A stretch of DNA of 29,782 bases. It comes from a virus. Its lineage: Duplodnaviria > Caudoviricetes. Shown one piece after another: positions 18,272 through 26,819 of this stretch. The notes under the pieces were generated by a model. It was not told the origin of the DNA. It saw only the letters and a list, made by a program, of their open reading frames with translations, and ran no database searches. A program made the translations under genes and the position numbers. Location: positions 1-29,782 of the IMG/VR virus record IMGVR_UViG_3300009095_000053. One strand, 5' to 3'. Position 1 is the first letter of the stretch. Each line of letters opens with the position of its first letter.

Positions 18272-18950
18272 GGAGCTTCCATTCTGGATGTTGGAGCAAC
18301 AGGGCGTTTTTGGTCGCGTGCTGCTCGAGCCGCGATTGCTTGCCGACGCTGTCACCCTGGTTGGGGATCGGTTTGAGCCAGCCGGGCACGTGGGGCACTA
18401 CCCAGATGGGGATGCCTTCGCGGTTGGCCCAGGCGGACATCTGCACGTCGGTCCGGTTGATGATCGGATACTCCAGCGGCACCTTGATTTGGGCTGCATC
18501 CCAGGCAAGCACGCCGGTGCCGGCATGGTTGACCCAGCGTCCATGGGGGACGCGCGAGCTGAGCGTGGCCGTCCTGCCGAGCAGCTGGTCCGCGGCGTTC
18601 ACGGGGTGAGGCGGGTAGGTGCGCCCGTGCGCTGTCACGATGGCGCGCCCACCGAACCGCTCGACGTTGGCGACCATGCGCGCGACGTAGTCGGGCGGAT
18701 AAACGAAGTCGTCGTCACAGCTCAGGTAGACGCCTTCGTGCTCGTGCGCCCAGTGGAACTTTTTATCTGCACCCTGGTTTTCGGCCGCGAGCTCGTACGT
18801 GTCCGCGAGCTCGCGCACGCAGGCAGGCACCTCGGCGTGCCCGTTCAAAAACACGTGAAGCAAGTCGCACTGCTTGCGCAGTGAGCCGAGCGATTTGGGC
18901 AGCAGCGCCTGTCGATGCGCCCCCGTCGCGACCGCCACCAGCGTCTTCAT
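18252..18950 (-). CDS. GT-A fold (GT2-like) glycosyltransferase
   Basis: VAVAT..HR...L.KSL.SL..QCDLLHVFLN, G...KF, YLSCDDDFVYPPDYVARM (DxD), GTGV, and a D..MS.W motif; ATGA overlap with the tube gene. Confidence 0.88.
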   Translation of the reverse strand: MKTLVAVATGAHRQALLPKSLGSLRKQCDLLHVFLNGHAEVPACVRELADTYELAAENQGADKKFHWAHEHEGVYLSCDDDFVYPPDYVARMVANVERFGGRAIVTAHGRTYPPHPVNAADQLLGRTATLSSRVPHGRWVNHAGTGVLAWDAAQIKVPLEYPIINRTDVQMSAWANREGIPIWVVPHVPGWLKPIPNQGDSVGKQSRLEQHATKNALLLQHPEWKLHEIKDR

Positions 18951-19330
18951 TGCTGCGACAGAGTCCCAGGCCCGGACACGGTGATGGTGGCCGTGGCATT
19001 CTGCGAACTGGACTGCACCTCGTCCGTGATGGTGCCGGAGGCCTGATAGGTCACTCCGCTGGCCAGCGTCATGTCGATGGGCACGAAGTCGAGCCCATCG
19101 GCGATCTCCTGAAGGAACTCCGCATCCGCCCGGGCGTCGTTGATCTCGACCTGGAGCCCGTCAATGCTCCAGGGCACCCTCGTCTTGACGAGCCGCGCGG
19201 TGCCGTCGCCATTGGCTTGCACCTCGTTCTCGAAGCCGCCCAGTTTCTTGTTGGCCTCCGCGTCCGAGGCCACGGGGAACAGTCGACCCCGAATCGAGAT
19301 CGACTCTATTGAACCGCCTACTGCCGGCAT
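18947..19330 (-). CDS. Contractile tail tube protein
   Basis: 127 aa directly after the sheath; beta-rich; ends TLASGVTYQASG.I......S....TATITVSG; AGGAG RBS. Confidence 0.82.
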   Translation of the reverse strand: MPAVGGSIESISIRGRLFPVASDAEANKKLGGFENEVQANGDGTARLVKTRVPWSIDGLQVEINDARADAEFLQEIADGLDFVPIDMTLASGVTYQASGTITDEVQSSSQNATATITVSGPGTLSQQ

Positions 19331-19397
19331 GTTGTGCTCCTATCGACCGACGATGGTCGGCGCTCCGATGATTGAACCCTGCGAAAGAAAACGGAAC

Positions 19398-20897
19398 TCA
19401 GCCGACGATGGCTGGCGTTCCGAAGAAAAAGCCGAAGAAGAGATCGACGCTGATGATGTTGCTGTTGCCCGACAGCTGCACGGTGGTCCGCACGTCCAGG
19501 CGCTTGGGGTTCTGTGAGCTGATGCTCGCGAACGTGTTGGCCTTGGCGGTCTTGGGGTCGCTGATGATGGCCTCGAGCGCGAGGCTGTCCAGGACAGCGC
19601 ACACGGCGGTCTTGGCGCTGCTCGGCTTTCGAGCATTCGGGTTCACCGTGGGCTGGTCGTCGGGGATGAGCGGAGCGCCGTCCCACGCGGGGTTGCTGAA
19701 CTCCAGGTCCAGGTTGTAGATGATGGTCATCAGCTTGATGATGTCCACGACGTACCGGTAGGCGGGCGGGACCTCGCCAGCCGGCTTGTACATGGTGACG
19801 ACGTCGCTGATGTTGACGAGCCCGTTCTTGAGTTCGACGGTCGAGCTGCCCGCTTTCACCGCCTGGTCCCGCTGCACGTAGTCCCACTGGACGCCGTCGG
19901 CGCCCGGTAGAAGGCCCCGGACCAGGCGACTGCCGTAGTCGGTAGGCGGGTTGTTGTTGGCCACCTTCGCGATCTCCCGGACCTGGGCGGCGGCGATCTG
20001 CAGCGGCAGATGCACCGAGCCCGGGGAGACCAACTGGCAGTTGACGCGGTCGGTGGGGCGCGCGTCGGTCACCGTGGTGGCGGTCGCCACGACGGCCTCG
20101 GGGTTGCCGGTGAATGCCACGAAGGGGCGCCGCACGAGCTGGCCCCATCGGCCTTCGCCCACGGCGCTGAGCTCGTCGAGGGCGTCGGTATTGGCGGGCC
20201 CCATGGCGTTGACGATCATGGTCACCCAGGTGCCGCCCAGCATCGCCAGGGCGGGGCCTACGTCCGGATCTGCCGCGCCGGCCGCGGGCTGGACGATGAC
20301 GAACGTCACGTCGGAGGTGGGCACCGCGCCGGCATTGTCCAGCACCTCGACGGTGATGTCGTTGCCGGAGGCTCCCTCCCACTTGGCCGTGAGGTCCACG
20401 TCCGTCGTCCCATCGGTGGCCGTCAGCGGCATCTCCAGGACGGCGTTGATGGCGGCGACAATCTTGTCGCAGATGATGGCGACGCTGTCGCCGACCGCGA
20501 GCGTGAAGGGCGCGCTCAGGATTCCCGCGATGCGTGCCCGGTACGTCGCAGCAACGCCCGCTGCGCCCGAAGGGGTGATCGAGCCGACTGCCGCGGCGCC
20601 CGCGTCGTAGTCATCGACCAGCGGGAAGACCGTGACGGGGATGGAGCCCACGCCGCCCCCGGTCGTGGGGAACAGCCCGAGGGCAATCAGGTGAATCTGC
20701 GAGCCAAATCCGAAGCGCGCCGCGGCCATCGCGGCCGAGGTGATGCGGTAGGGTTCGAGCGGGTACTCCGCTGCGCTGTTGCCCTGGCCCACGATGCCGA
20801 TGTGTTGCGGCAGGTACTGCACGGCCCCTGCGCGGAGGTCTCGGAACTGCGCGTCGATTCCCACCACGCGCGCGACTGCGGTTGCATCTACTGCCAT
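19398..20897 (-). CDS. Tail sheath protein, Mu gpL-like
   Basis: A...FGFGSQIH, LTAKWEGASGNDI, GAADPDVGPALA, QRDQAVKAGSST, ISDVVTMY, NPKRLDV. Confidence 0.93.
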   Translation of the reverse strand: MAVDATAVARVVGIDAQFRDLRAGAVQYLPQHIGIVGQGNSAAEYPLEPYRITSAAMAAARFGFGSQIHLIALGLFPTTGGGVGSIPVTVFPLVDDYDAGAAAVGSITPSGAAGVAATYRARIAGILSAPFTLAVGDSVAIICDKIVAAINAVLEMPLTATDGTTDVDLTAKWEGASGNDITVEVLDNAGAVPTSDVTFVIVQPAAGAADPDVGPALAMLGGTWVTMIVNAMGPANTDALDELSAVGEGRWGQLVRRPFVAFTGNPEAVVATATTVTDARPTDRVNCQLVSPGSVHLPLQIAAAQVREIAKVANNNPPTDYGSRLVRGLLPGADGVQWDYVQRDQAVKAGSSTVELKNGLVNISDVVTMYKPAGEVPPAYRYVVDIIKLMTIIYNLDLEFSNPAWDGAPLIPDDQPTVNPNARKPSSAKTAVCAVLDSLALEAIISDPKTAKANTFASISSQNPKRLDVRTTVQLSGNSNIISVDLFFGFFFGTPAIVG

Positions 20898-20900
20898 GAT

Positions 20901-21551
20901 CTATTCCTCGTCTGGGTAGTCGGCGCGCAGGTACAGCTCACCCGTCTCTGCGCGTAAAACTTCGATTGAAAGTAGCTCTAACGTCTCGCCGGTGACTTGC
21001 GGCGAGAACTCATTGAATGCGACCTGGAACGCGAGCCGCCCGCCGACGACGCGTTGCGCCTGGCGGTTGTCGAGCTGCGGTTGGAACATGCTGATCGTCT
21101 GCGGCCAGCGCTTCCACACCAGGCCGCGCAAGCCGAGATAGGTGTACGGGGCCGACATGAGGATGTTTCGAGCCATGCGCACGGCGCGCTGACACTCGAA
21201 CGCCGCAGCCTGATCACCTGGAGTGTGGCCCGCGCCATCGGCAGCGCTGGCGGCGTAGCCGTAACAGTCGATGTTGAACGTGGCGTCGCACTTCTGCCGC
21301 TCCACGATGTTGCTGGCCGAAGCGTCGAAGTTCGAGGTGTCGTGCCAGACGTTGATGAGCGACTGGGACGCCGCCGGGGCGTCGATGAATTCGCCCCAGG
21401 GGTTGCTCCGCTCCACGAACACCCGCGGCTGCGGCTGCGCTGGCGCGAGCACCTCCTGGTTCGCGAGCTCCAGCTTCAGAATCGCCGCGATTTGGTCGCG
21501 GATGATCTCGACGTTGTCCCGCTTGTCGATGAGGTCAAGGAGCGCTGGCAT
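20901..21551 (-). CDS. Putative tail terminator / neck protein
   Basis: 216 aa between head-closure and sheath genes; the function is inferred from position only. Confidence 0.65.
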   Translation of the reverse strand: MPALLDLIDKRDNVEIIRDQIAAILKLELANQEVLAPAQPQPRVFVERSNPWGEFIDAPAASQSLINVWHDTSNFDASASNIVERQKCDATFNIDCYGYAASAADGAGHTPGDQAAAFECQRAVRMARNILMSAPYTYLGLRGLVWKRWPQTISMFQPQLDNRQAQRVVGGRLAFQVAFNEFSPQVTGETLELLSIEVLRAETGELYLRADYPDEE

Positions 21552-21912
21552 GGTAGGCCTCCAACAGGAGCACGACGATGCCGACGGCTCGGTCGGGTAG
21601 GACTTCGATGACCTTCCATGTCGCTACGGTCCCCGTGATGCTGGCGTACGTCACCAGCCACGGCTTGCTCGCGGCGTCCGCAACGGCCACCGGCATGGCG
21701 GCCAGGGACGCCAGGGCGACCGTTGCCGACGCTTGGCGGCCAGCGACCGCCTGACCTGTGTCAGGGTCGATGGTCTGCCCGACATCCGTGGTGAAGCCTT
21801 TGTGCTGCACCCCCAGGCCCGCCGGGGACGTGAGCGTGAATGGCCAGGCAAACCCGGAGTCATCCTCCAGGATCGCCCGGCAATCCAGCGCCGCTTGAGC
21901 TCTCAGTCCCAT
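21535..21912 (-). CDS. Putative head-tail joining / head closure protein
   Basis: 125 aa, beta-rich, immediately after the capsid gene; positional inference. Confidence 0.65.
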   Translation of the reverse strand: MGLRAQAALDCRAILEDDSGFAWPFTLTSPAGLGVQHKGFTTDVGQTIDPDTGQAVAGRQASATVALASLAAMPVAVADAASKPWLVTYASITGTVATWKVIEVLPDRAVGIVVLLLEAYHASAP

Positions 21913-21921
21913 TGACCTTCG

Positions 21922-23007
21922 TTAGGCCTGAATGGTGCTGAGCGTCGCGAACGTGTCGATTTCCGTGGGGATGGTCAGCGGGCGCGTGCCAGCGCTCACC
22001 ATCACCCGCTTATTGTCCGGCGTCACCCACGCGTTGGTCGTCAGGTCCAGACCACGACTCTGGCTCGAGATGCGAGGCGGCAGGAACGCCGCGAGGCGAG
22101 GGTCTGGCGGCATAATCATCGGGATGGCGCCGAAGGTCAGGTCGAGACGGGCGCCCTCGCTCATCATGAGCATGTTGGTGCTGGTGATGAACGGCGTGAA
22201 CACGCCAGTCTGAGGATGTCGGTAGAACCCGTCATAGGTCCACATCTCGAACCGATAGTGTCCGACCCAGATCCAGCCCTGGAACGTCCCGCCCTGGCCG
22301 CGCGCCTGCGGCTTCACCTCGGCAAGCAAGCCTCGGCGAGAGTTCAGCGCTTCCTTCACGTCGGCGCCAGCCAGGAACTGCTGAAACGCCAAATCCCCAA
22401 AGACGAGCTTGTTCGGCTCGCGCTTACCGTCGCGCCTGACCACCGTGGCCAGCGCAGCGATGTCCGCGAGCCGATTGCCGGCGCCGCCCACCGTCCAGGT
22501 CACGGCCGCGTTCGCGAGATGCGTCGCCTTGGGCTGGAAGTTGAGCACATAGACGCCCACGCCAGCGGCGTTGACGAGCGTCAGCTGGCCCGTCTGCAGC
22601 ACCTGCGAGGACATCAATTCGATGGCGCGACGGATCTTGTTCTCACACTTGCGGTATACAGAGAACGCCTGCCTGACCGCGTTTGCGGCGTAGGAGGGGC
22701 TCGCAAAAGGATTCTGCCCGGGCTGCCGCAGAATCATGTCGAACGCCGTGACTGCGCCCTCCTCGTCGTAGATCGGAGGCTTGAAACGCTTGTTCGTGTA
22801 GAGCGTGGATTCGTTCTTGTTCGGCGGAAGGCTCAGGTCCTGAATCACGATTGCCACGGTCTCGTCGTCGCGCTGAATGTCCATTTCGACCTCCTCGGTC
22901 GTATGGAAATTCTGTGGCGGCGACCGGAAGAACCCCGAGAGAAACATCGGAGCCGATGCCTCTTCGAGGTACATGTCGATCGTCTGAATGGTTGAAGTGT
23001 CGCTCAT
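21922..23007 (-). CDS. Major capsid protein, lambda gpE family
   Basis: FLSGFF, TEEVEMDI, FKPP, I.RAIELM.SQVL.TG, EMWTYDG.Y, FGAI, TRPLTIP. Confidence 0.92.
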   Translation of the reverse strand: MSDTSTIQTIDMYLEEASAPMFLSGFFRSPPQNFHTTEEVEMDIQRDDETVAIVIQDLSLPPNKNESTLYTNKRFKPPIYDEEGAVTAFDMILRQPGQNPFASPSYAANAVRQAFSVYRKCENKIRRAIELMSSQVLQTGQLTLVNAAGVGVYVLNFQPKATHLANAAVTWTVGGAGNRLADIAALATVVRRDGKREPNKLVFGDLAFQQFLAGADVKEALNSRRGLLAEVKPQARGQGGTFQGWIWVGHYRFEMWTYDGFYRHPQTGVFTPFITSTNMLMMSEGARLDLTFGAIPMIMPPDPRLAAFLPPRISSQSRGLDLTTNAWVTPDNKRVMVSAGTRPLTIPTEIDTFATLSTIQA

Positions 23008-23053
23008 GATGTTCTCTCGGTGGATCTGTTGTCTTGGCTAGACGGTTTGCGCG

Positions 23054-23707
23054 TCAGGCCTGCGGGTTGTCGATCAGCGCGAGTTGCTTCACGTTGACTG
23101 GGATGATCGTGCGATCGGTCAGATCGTCCAGCATGGCTGCGGTGATAGCCGTCTCGTCATGAATGACTAGGCGAGCCTGGTTGACCTTCCCCGCGCTCAT
23201 GACGCAGACGGGTCCGGTGCTCGATGCGGGCAGCACTACCTCGTACGTGAGCACGAACTTTGGTAGCTCGACATCGCGCTGCAGGAAGAATCGAAGGTCC
23301 TGCGATCCGGGGTTGACCGCACCGGCGGTCACGTTTGCAACGCGCACCTGCACGGTCCCGGCGACAAGGCATCGGCCTTGTGGCAGCGTAATGCCAACCG
23401 GCCAGGTACCGAGCGGCACGACCGTGATCAGGTCACCGACTAGGGCGCCGGGCACCACGACGGCCATATCAATGGCCTCGAGCGTGGGGATGCTGTCATA
23501 GTCGACCGTAACATCGACGATGCTGTCGGGAAGCGCGACCGGGTCGTACGGAACGAGGTTTCCCGACGCGGCGTTGCGCGAGAGGATCGTTCCAGCCGCA
23601 TAGGTCTGCTCCGTGATCTCGACATTCTGAAGCGTACCGTCGACGGTGCCCCAAACTTCGAGCGCAACTGAGCCGAGGTCGTTGTTGGTGATGGTGATGT
23701 TAGCCAC
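23054..23707 (-). CDS. Head decoration protein (gpD-like) with an internal ~84-aa extra domain
   Basis: Between protease and capsid; AGTILSRNAASGNLVPYD...PKFVLTYEV....G.V....AG.V...RL halves separated by an insert. Confidence 0.75.
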   Translation of the reverse strand: MANITITNNDLGSVALEVWGTVDGTLQNVEITEQTYAAGTILSRNAASGNLVPYDPVALPDSIVDVTVDYDSIPTLEAIDMAVVVPGALVGDLITVVPLGTWPVGITLPQGRCLVAGTVQVRVANVTAGAVNPGSQDLRFFLQRDVELPKFVLTYEVVLPASSTGPVCVMSAGKVNQARLVIHDETAITAAMLDDLTDRTIIPVNVKQLALIDNPQA

Positions 23708-24062
23708 GGATCAGGCTCCGATCTGCGCTGCTGGACTTCAGCGCCGCAACGACCTGGTCGCCCAAGTCAGCCCCGTTTGCCGGTGTAGCGGCGTCTACGC
23801 CCTTGAGGGCGCCTTCCGCGGTCGTGGTGTCACCCTGTCGCTTTTGGCGGTCTGAGCGGTTCATTCCCGCGCTCAGATAGCGCGCATTGAGTTCCTGCGT
23901 CAGGCCAGCGCCCGTGCGGATCGCGTCGATAGCGATGCTCATGTCTCCGCAGTTTTCGCCCATCATGAGGTGGGCTTTGACGCGGTCGCGTTCCTGATCG
24001 ACGCCGCGCGCTTCGGCTGCGACTATTGCCGCGCGCTCTTCTGGTGACTGTTGTTCGCTCAT
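23700..24062 (-). CDS. Nested in-frame scaffold protein (Nu3-like), 120 aa
   Basis: Internal ATG 24062 (MSEQQSPEERAAIV) right after the protease domain, preceded by AAGGGAAAGCA; contains G...ER.RV.A. Confidence 0.55.
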   Translation of the reverse strand: MSEQQSPEERAAIVAAEARGVDQERDRVKAHLMMGENCGDMSIAIDAIRTGAGLTQELNARYLSAGMNRSDRQKRQGDTTTAEGALKGVDAATPANGADLGDQVVAALKSSSADRSLIRG

Positions 24063-24878
24063 TGCTTTCCCTTGTTTGGGCACCGCGCGCGGTGCTGTAC
24101 TTGCGATCTTGTCGATGAGTCCCAGGCGCTTGGCCTCGGGCGCGGTCATCGAGGCGCCGCGGCCGAAGCCTTCGGCGACTTCCTTGGGCGTGACGCCGCG
24201 GCCCTGGGCGATGCCCTGCACGAATTCATCGTTGAGGGCGTCGAGGTATTTGACCACGACCGCCTTGCCTTCGGGCGTGGTGAGGTCCGGACGCTTGTCA
24301 GGGCTGTCGGTGTTGGTCAGCGTCACGACCTTGTCGTGGAGATAGAACGAGGCCGCCGTTCCGATGCTGCCGAAGCTCGCGCCACGGCCGACGGCTTCGA
24401 TCGGGCCCGCCGCTGCCGCCAGGCCGTAGGCGGCTGACTGAGCGTTCTCGGCAACCACCCGGATTTTCTTGCCCGAGCTGGCGCGGAATTCGGCGAGCGC
24501 GCCCATCGCTTCAAATAGGCCGTCTACGCTGCCCCCGGGGCTGTCGACGCGGAGCACGACGTCCTTCACCCCAGCGCTGATTGCGGCGAGGCCGATGGCA
24601 GCGCGGATATTCGCATAGGTGGTGTTCCCCCCGCCGAAGAACATCGCAAAGAAATCGGGCTTCTTCGTGAGCACGCCCTCCACCCTGATCTCGGCGGTCG
24701 CGCCGGCAATCGTCATTCCGCGCGGCAGTGGCGTCCCGTTGGCGACCACCCCGGAGCTCGCCGCAATGTCAGCCGCGAGCTCGCGCGCCTCCCATGCCGC
24801 GGCTGTCTCGAGTTGCGCGCAGTCCTGCCGCGCGGTCATCATGAGGCGGCAGGTCGATGGCTCAAGTAACCAGTACAT
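23700..24878 (-). CDS. Prohead protease, S49 family (lambda gpC-like), with C-terminal scaffold region
   Basis: LRVDSPGGSVDG, AQSAAYGLA, GSIG, FV..IA.GRG, A...GLIDKI. Confidence 0.93.
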   Translation of the reverse strand: MYWLLEPSTCRLMMTARQDCAQLETAAAWEARELAADIAASSGVVANGTPLPRGMTIAGATAEIRVEGVLTKKPDFFAMFFGGGNTTYANIRAAIGLAAISAGVKDVVLRVDSPGGSVDGLFEAMGALAEFRASSGKKIRVVAENAQSAAYGLAAAAGPIEAVGRGASFGSIGTAASFYLHDKVVTLTNTDSPDKRPDLTTPEGKAVVVKYLDALNDEFVQGIAQGRGVTPKEVAEGFGRGASMTAPEAKRLGLIDKIASTAPRAVPKQGKAMSEQQSPEERAAIVAAEARGVDQERDRVKAHLMMGENCGDMSIAIDAIRTGAGLTQELNARYLSAGMNRSDRQKRQGDTTTAEGALKGVDAATPANGADLGDQVVAALKSSSADRSLIRG

Positions 24879-26559
24879 TCGGAGCTTCCTGTTTGGGGAC
24901 GACGCGCAGCTTCCGCGGCGGGTTGGGGCCTGGGCCTGGTGGAGCGAGCGGCGGCGCGGGCGGCTTCTTCAGCTCGGCCATGGGCTTGTTTGCCTTCGCT
25001 AGAGCTTCGTTCTCGCGCTCGAGCTTTTTGACGTTCTTCGAGTACTTCTGGCCCGTCGTCTCGCGCGCGGCGCGATCGCGGGTGATGAGCCCCAGCTCAA
25101 TCAGCTTTTCGTAGCCGTTCGCCTGCTTCAACAGGTCGATGCTCGGCTTAATCGCACCCGTCCAGTCAGCAGCGAGCCACGCTGCCAGACGGTCGTATTG
25201 CAACGGATCGCGCCAAGCTTCGAGCAACCCCGCGGCCTTTACCCGACCTGTGAGGGTTTCGGACAACAGCCAGTCCACGTAGATCGGCTGACAGAACTCG
25301 TCGCCCCACGCGGCCCGGACGGGGTTGAGGAACAGCTTGAACTCGTTGACCGCCGCCTGGCTGGCGCTGTAGTTGCTCGCAAAGCTGAGCTCCAGGATCT
25401 CCGGAGGTATCTCGAGACACCACGCCATCGAGTGGACGATGGCGGCCTCGAACTCTGCGAACTTCTCATCCGTACCGGTCGAGGAGAACCCGTGAGGCGT
25501 CTCGCCCGGCGCGAGCTCGTCGAGCACTGCGCCGGGCACCTGCTCGGCGAAATTAAACGTACGGGGCGCTTTCCCCCCTCCCGCCGGCAGCGTCTCGCGG
25601 CCGCGCACGACGGCGCCTCCGGTCAGCGGGCGCGTGCCAGACGTCTCGCTGTCCTTTTTGATGAACATCGCCAGAATCGCATTGATCGTGGCCTTGCGCT
25701 GGACGGCATCGCGGTACCGATCGACCTCGCGGAGCGACTGCAGCAGGATCGACAGGATGGGCTCACCGCGCACATCATCGAGCAGCTTGTCCGTGCCATA
25801 GACCAACCACGCCATCTTGCGTCCAGTCGAGCCGATGCACGGCAGGCGCTTCGACTTCGTCTGGAATGGATGTGTCGCGTCGGTCTGGGTGATCCAATAG
25901 GCAACGTGACGGCCGTCGGCGTCCAGCTCGACGCCGTGTTTGATGCAATGGCCCGGCGCGAGCGCCTGGATGTCCGGAGTGGCGCCGAACGGGGATTGCA
26001 CGCGGTTGCCGTCCACGAGCCGCACGCGCGGCAGACCGGTCGCAGGATCCTGCAGGAGCACGACCAGGACGTCGCCAGAGATGAGCGCGGCCTGCTTCGC
26101 CTGAGCTTGCAGGGCCCCGAAGGAAACGCGCTCCCTGTAGTCACAGAGCGAGGGCGTGCGTTCCCATAGGTGAAACCGGTTCTCGACCGACTCCGCCCAG
26201 TCGGCAAGCGTGTCCTCGTTGATGCCGAGGATCGACTCATCCGGCACGGCTTCGAGCGAAAGCCCCGTGTTGATGATGTTCGTCACGAGACGCCGGACGA
26301 TGCCTCTGGCGTAGATGTTCGACTTGAACAGCTGGGTCGACCGCATGCGAAGCGTCCAGTAGTCGGCGACGAGCAGCTCGGTGAACCCGAAGCCCCCCGG
26401 GTACTTCTCACCGTCGTGCCACATCGAGCGCGCAGGCGCGCTGACCGGGCTCATCATGTCGGGCGTGACGACCGGTACCGATGGGGCGGCGTCGGGCGCC
26501 GGCCCCGGATTGCCGTAGAGCCAGCCGTAGACGCGGTTCAGGAGCGGGTACCTTACCAT
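24862..26559 (-). CDS. Portal protein, lambda family
   Basis: LR.RS.QL...N.YARG.V..LVTN.I.TGL, GVELDADGRHVAYW, RGEP.LS, L.PGE, NYSAS.AA, IDLLKQ. Confidence 0.95.
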   Translation of the reverse strand: MVRYPLLNRVYGWLYGNPGPAPDAAPSVPVVTPDMMSPVSAPARSMWHDGEKYPGGFGFTELLVADYWTLRMRSTQLFKSNIYARGIVRRLVTNIINTGLSLEAVPDESILGINEDTLADWAESVENRFHLWERTPSLCDYRERVSFGALQAQAKQAALISGDVLVVLLQDPATGLPRVRLVDGNRVQSPFGATPDIQALAPGHCIKHGVELDADGRHVAYWITQTDATHPFQTKSKRLPCIGSTGRKMAWLVYGTDKLLDDVRGEPILSILLQSLREVDRYRDAVQRKATINAILAMFIKKDSETSGTRPLTGGAVVRGRETLPAGGGKAPRTFNFAEQVPGAVLDELAPGETPHGFSSTGTDEKFAEFEAAIVHSMAWCLEIPPEILELSFASNYSASQAAVNEFKLFLNPVRAAWGDEFCQPIYVDWLLSETLTGRVKAAGLLEAWRDPLQYDRLAAWLAADWTGAIKPSIDLLKQANGYEKLIELGLITRDRAARETTGQKYSKNVKKLERENEALAKANKPMAELKKPPAPPLAPPGPGPNPPRKLRVVPKQEAPNVLVT

Positions 26560-26819
26560 CCGGGCCTCATGTTAAATTGTGCGCTGCCGCCTCGGCGTGC
26601 CTGCAGCGTTGCGAGCCGCGATTCGAGCCGCTGCAATGTCAGTTGAATCGAGCCGAGCTGGGCCTTCGAGACGAGCTGCCGCGTCTGACCGGTGTCCAGC
26701 TGGTAGCTCTGCGCGCCCCCTGCCAGTGCCTCGACAGCATCCTCATAGACGAGGATCAGAGCCTTCGTTCGTGCGATCCGTTGGTCGAGCCACTCTGTGT
26801 CGTCGCAGCAATCGGTCAT
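26553..26819 (-). CDS. Head completion protein, gpW-like, 88 aa
   Basis: ATG 26819 in an ATGA overlap with TerL; A..AL..GAQSY.LDTGQTRQ.V.KA.L..I......LE; sits between terL and portal. Confidence 0.75.
   Translation of the reverse strand: MTDCCDDTEWLDQRIARTKALILVYEDAVEALAGGAQSYQLDTGQTRQLVSKAQLGSIQLTLQRLESRLATLQARRGGSAQFNMRPGW

Noticed and set aside
8675-20897. Tailocin, eCIS or T6SS interpretation of the contractile tail genes
   Set aside because: Complete head and DNA-packaging genes are in the same operon.
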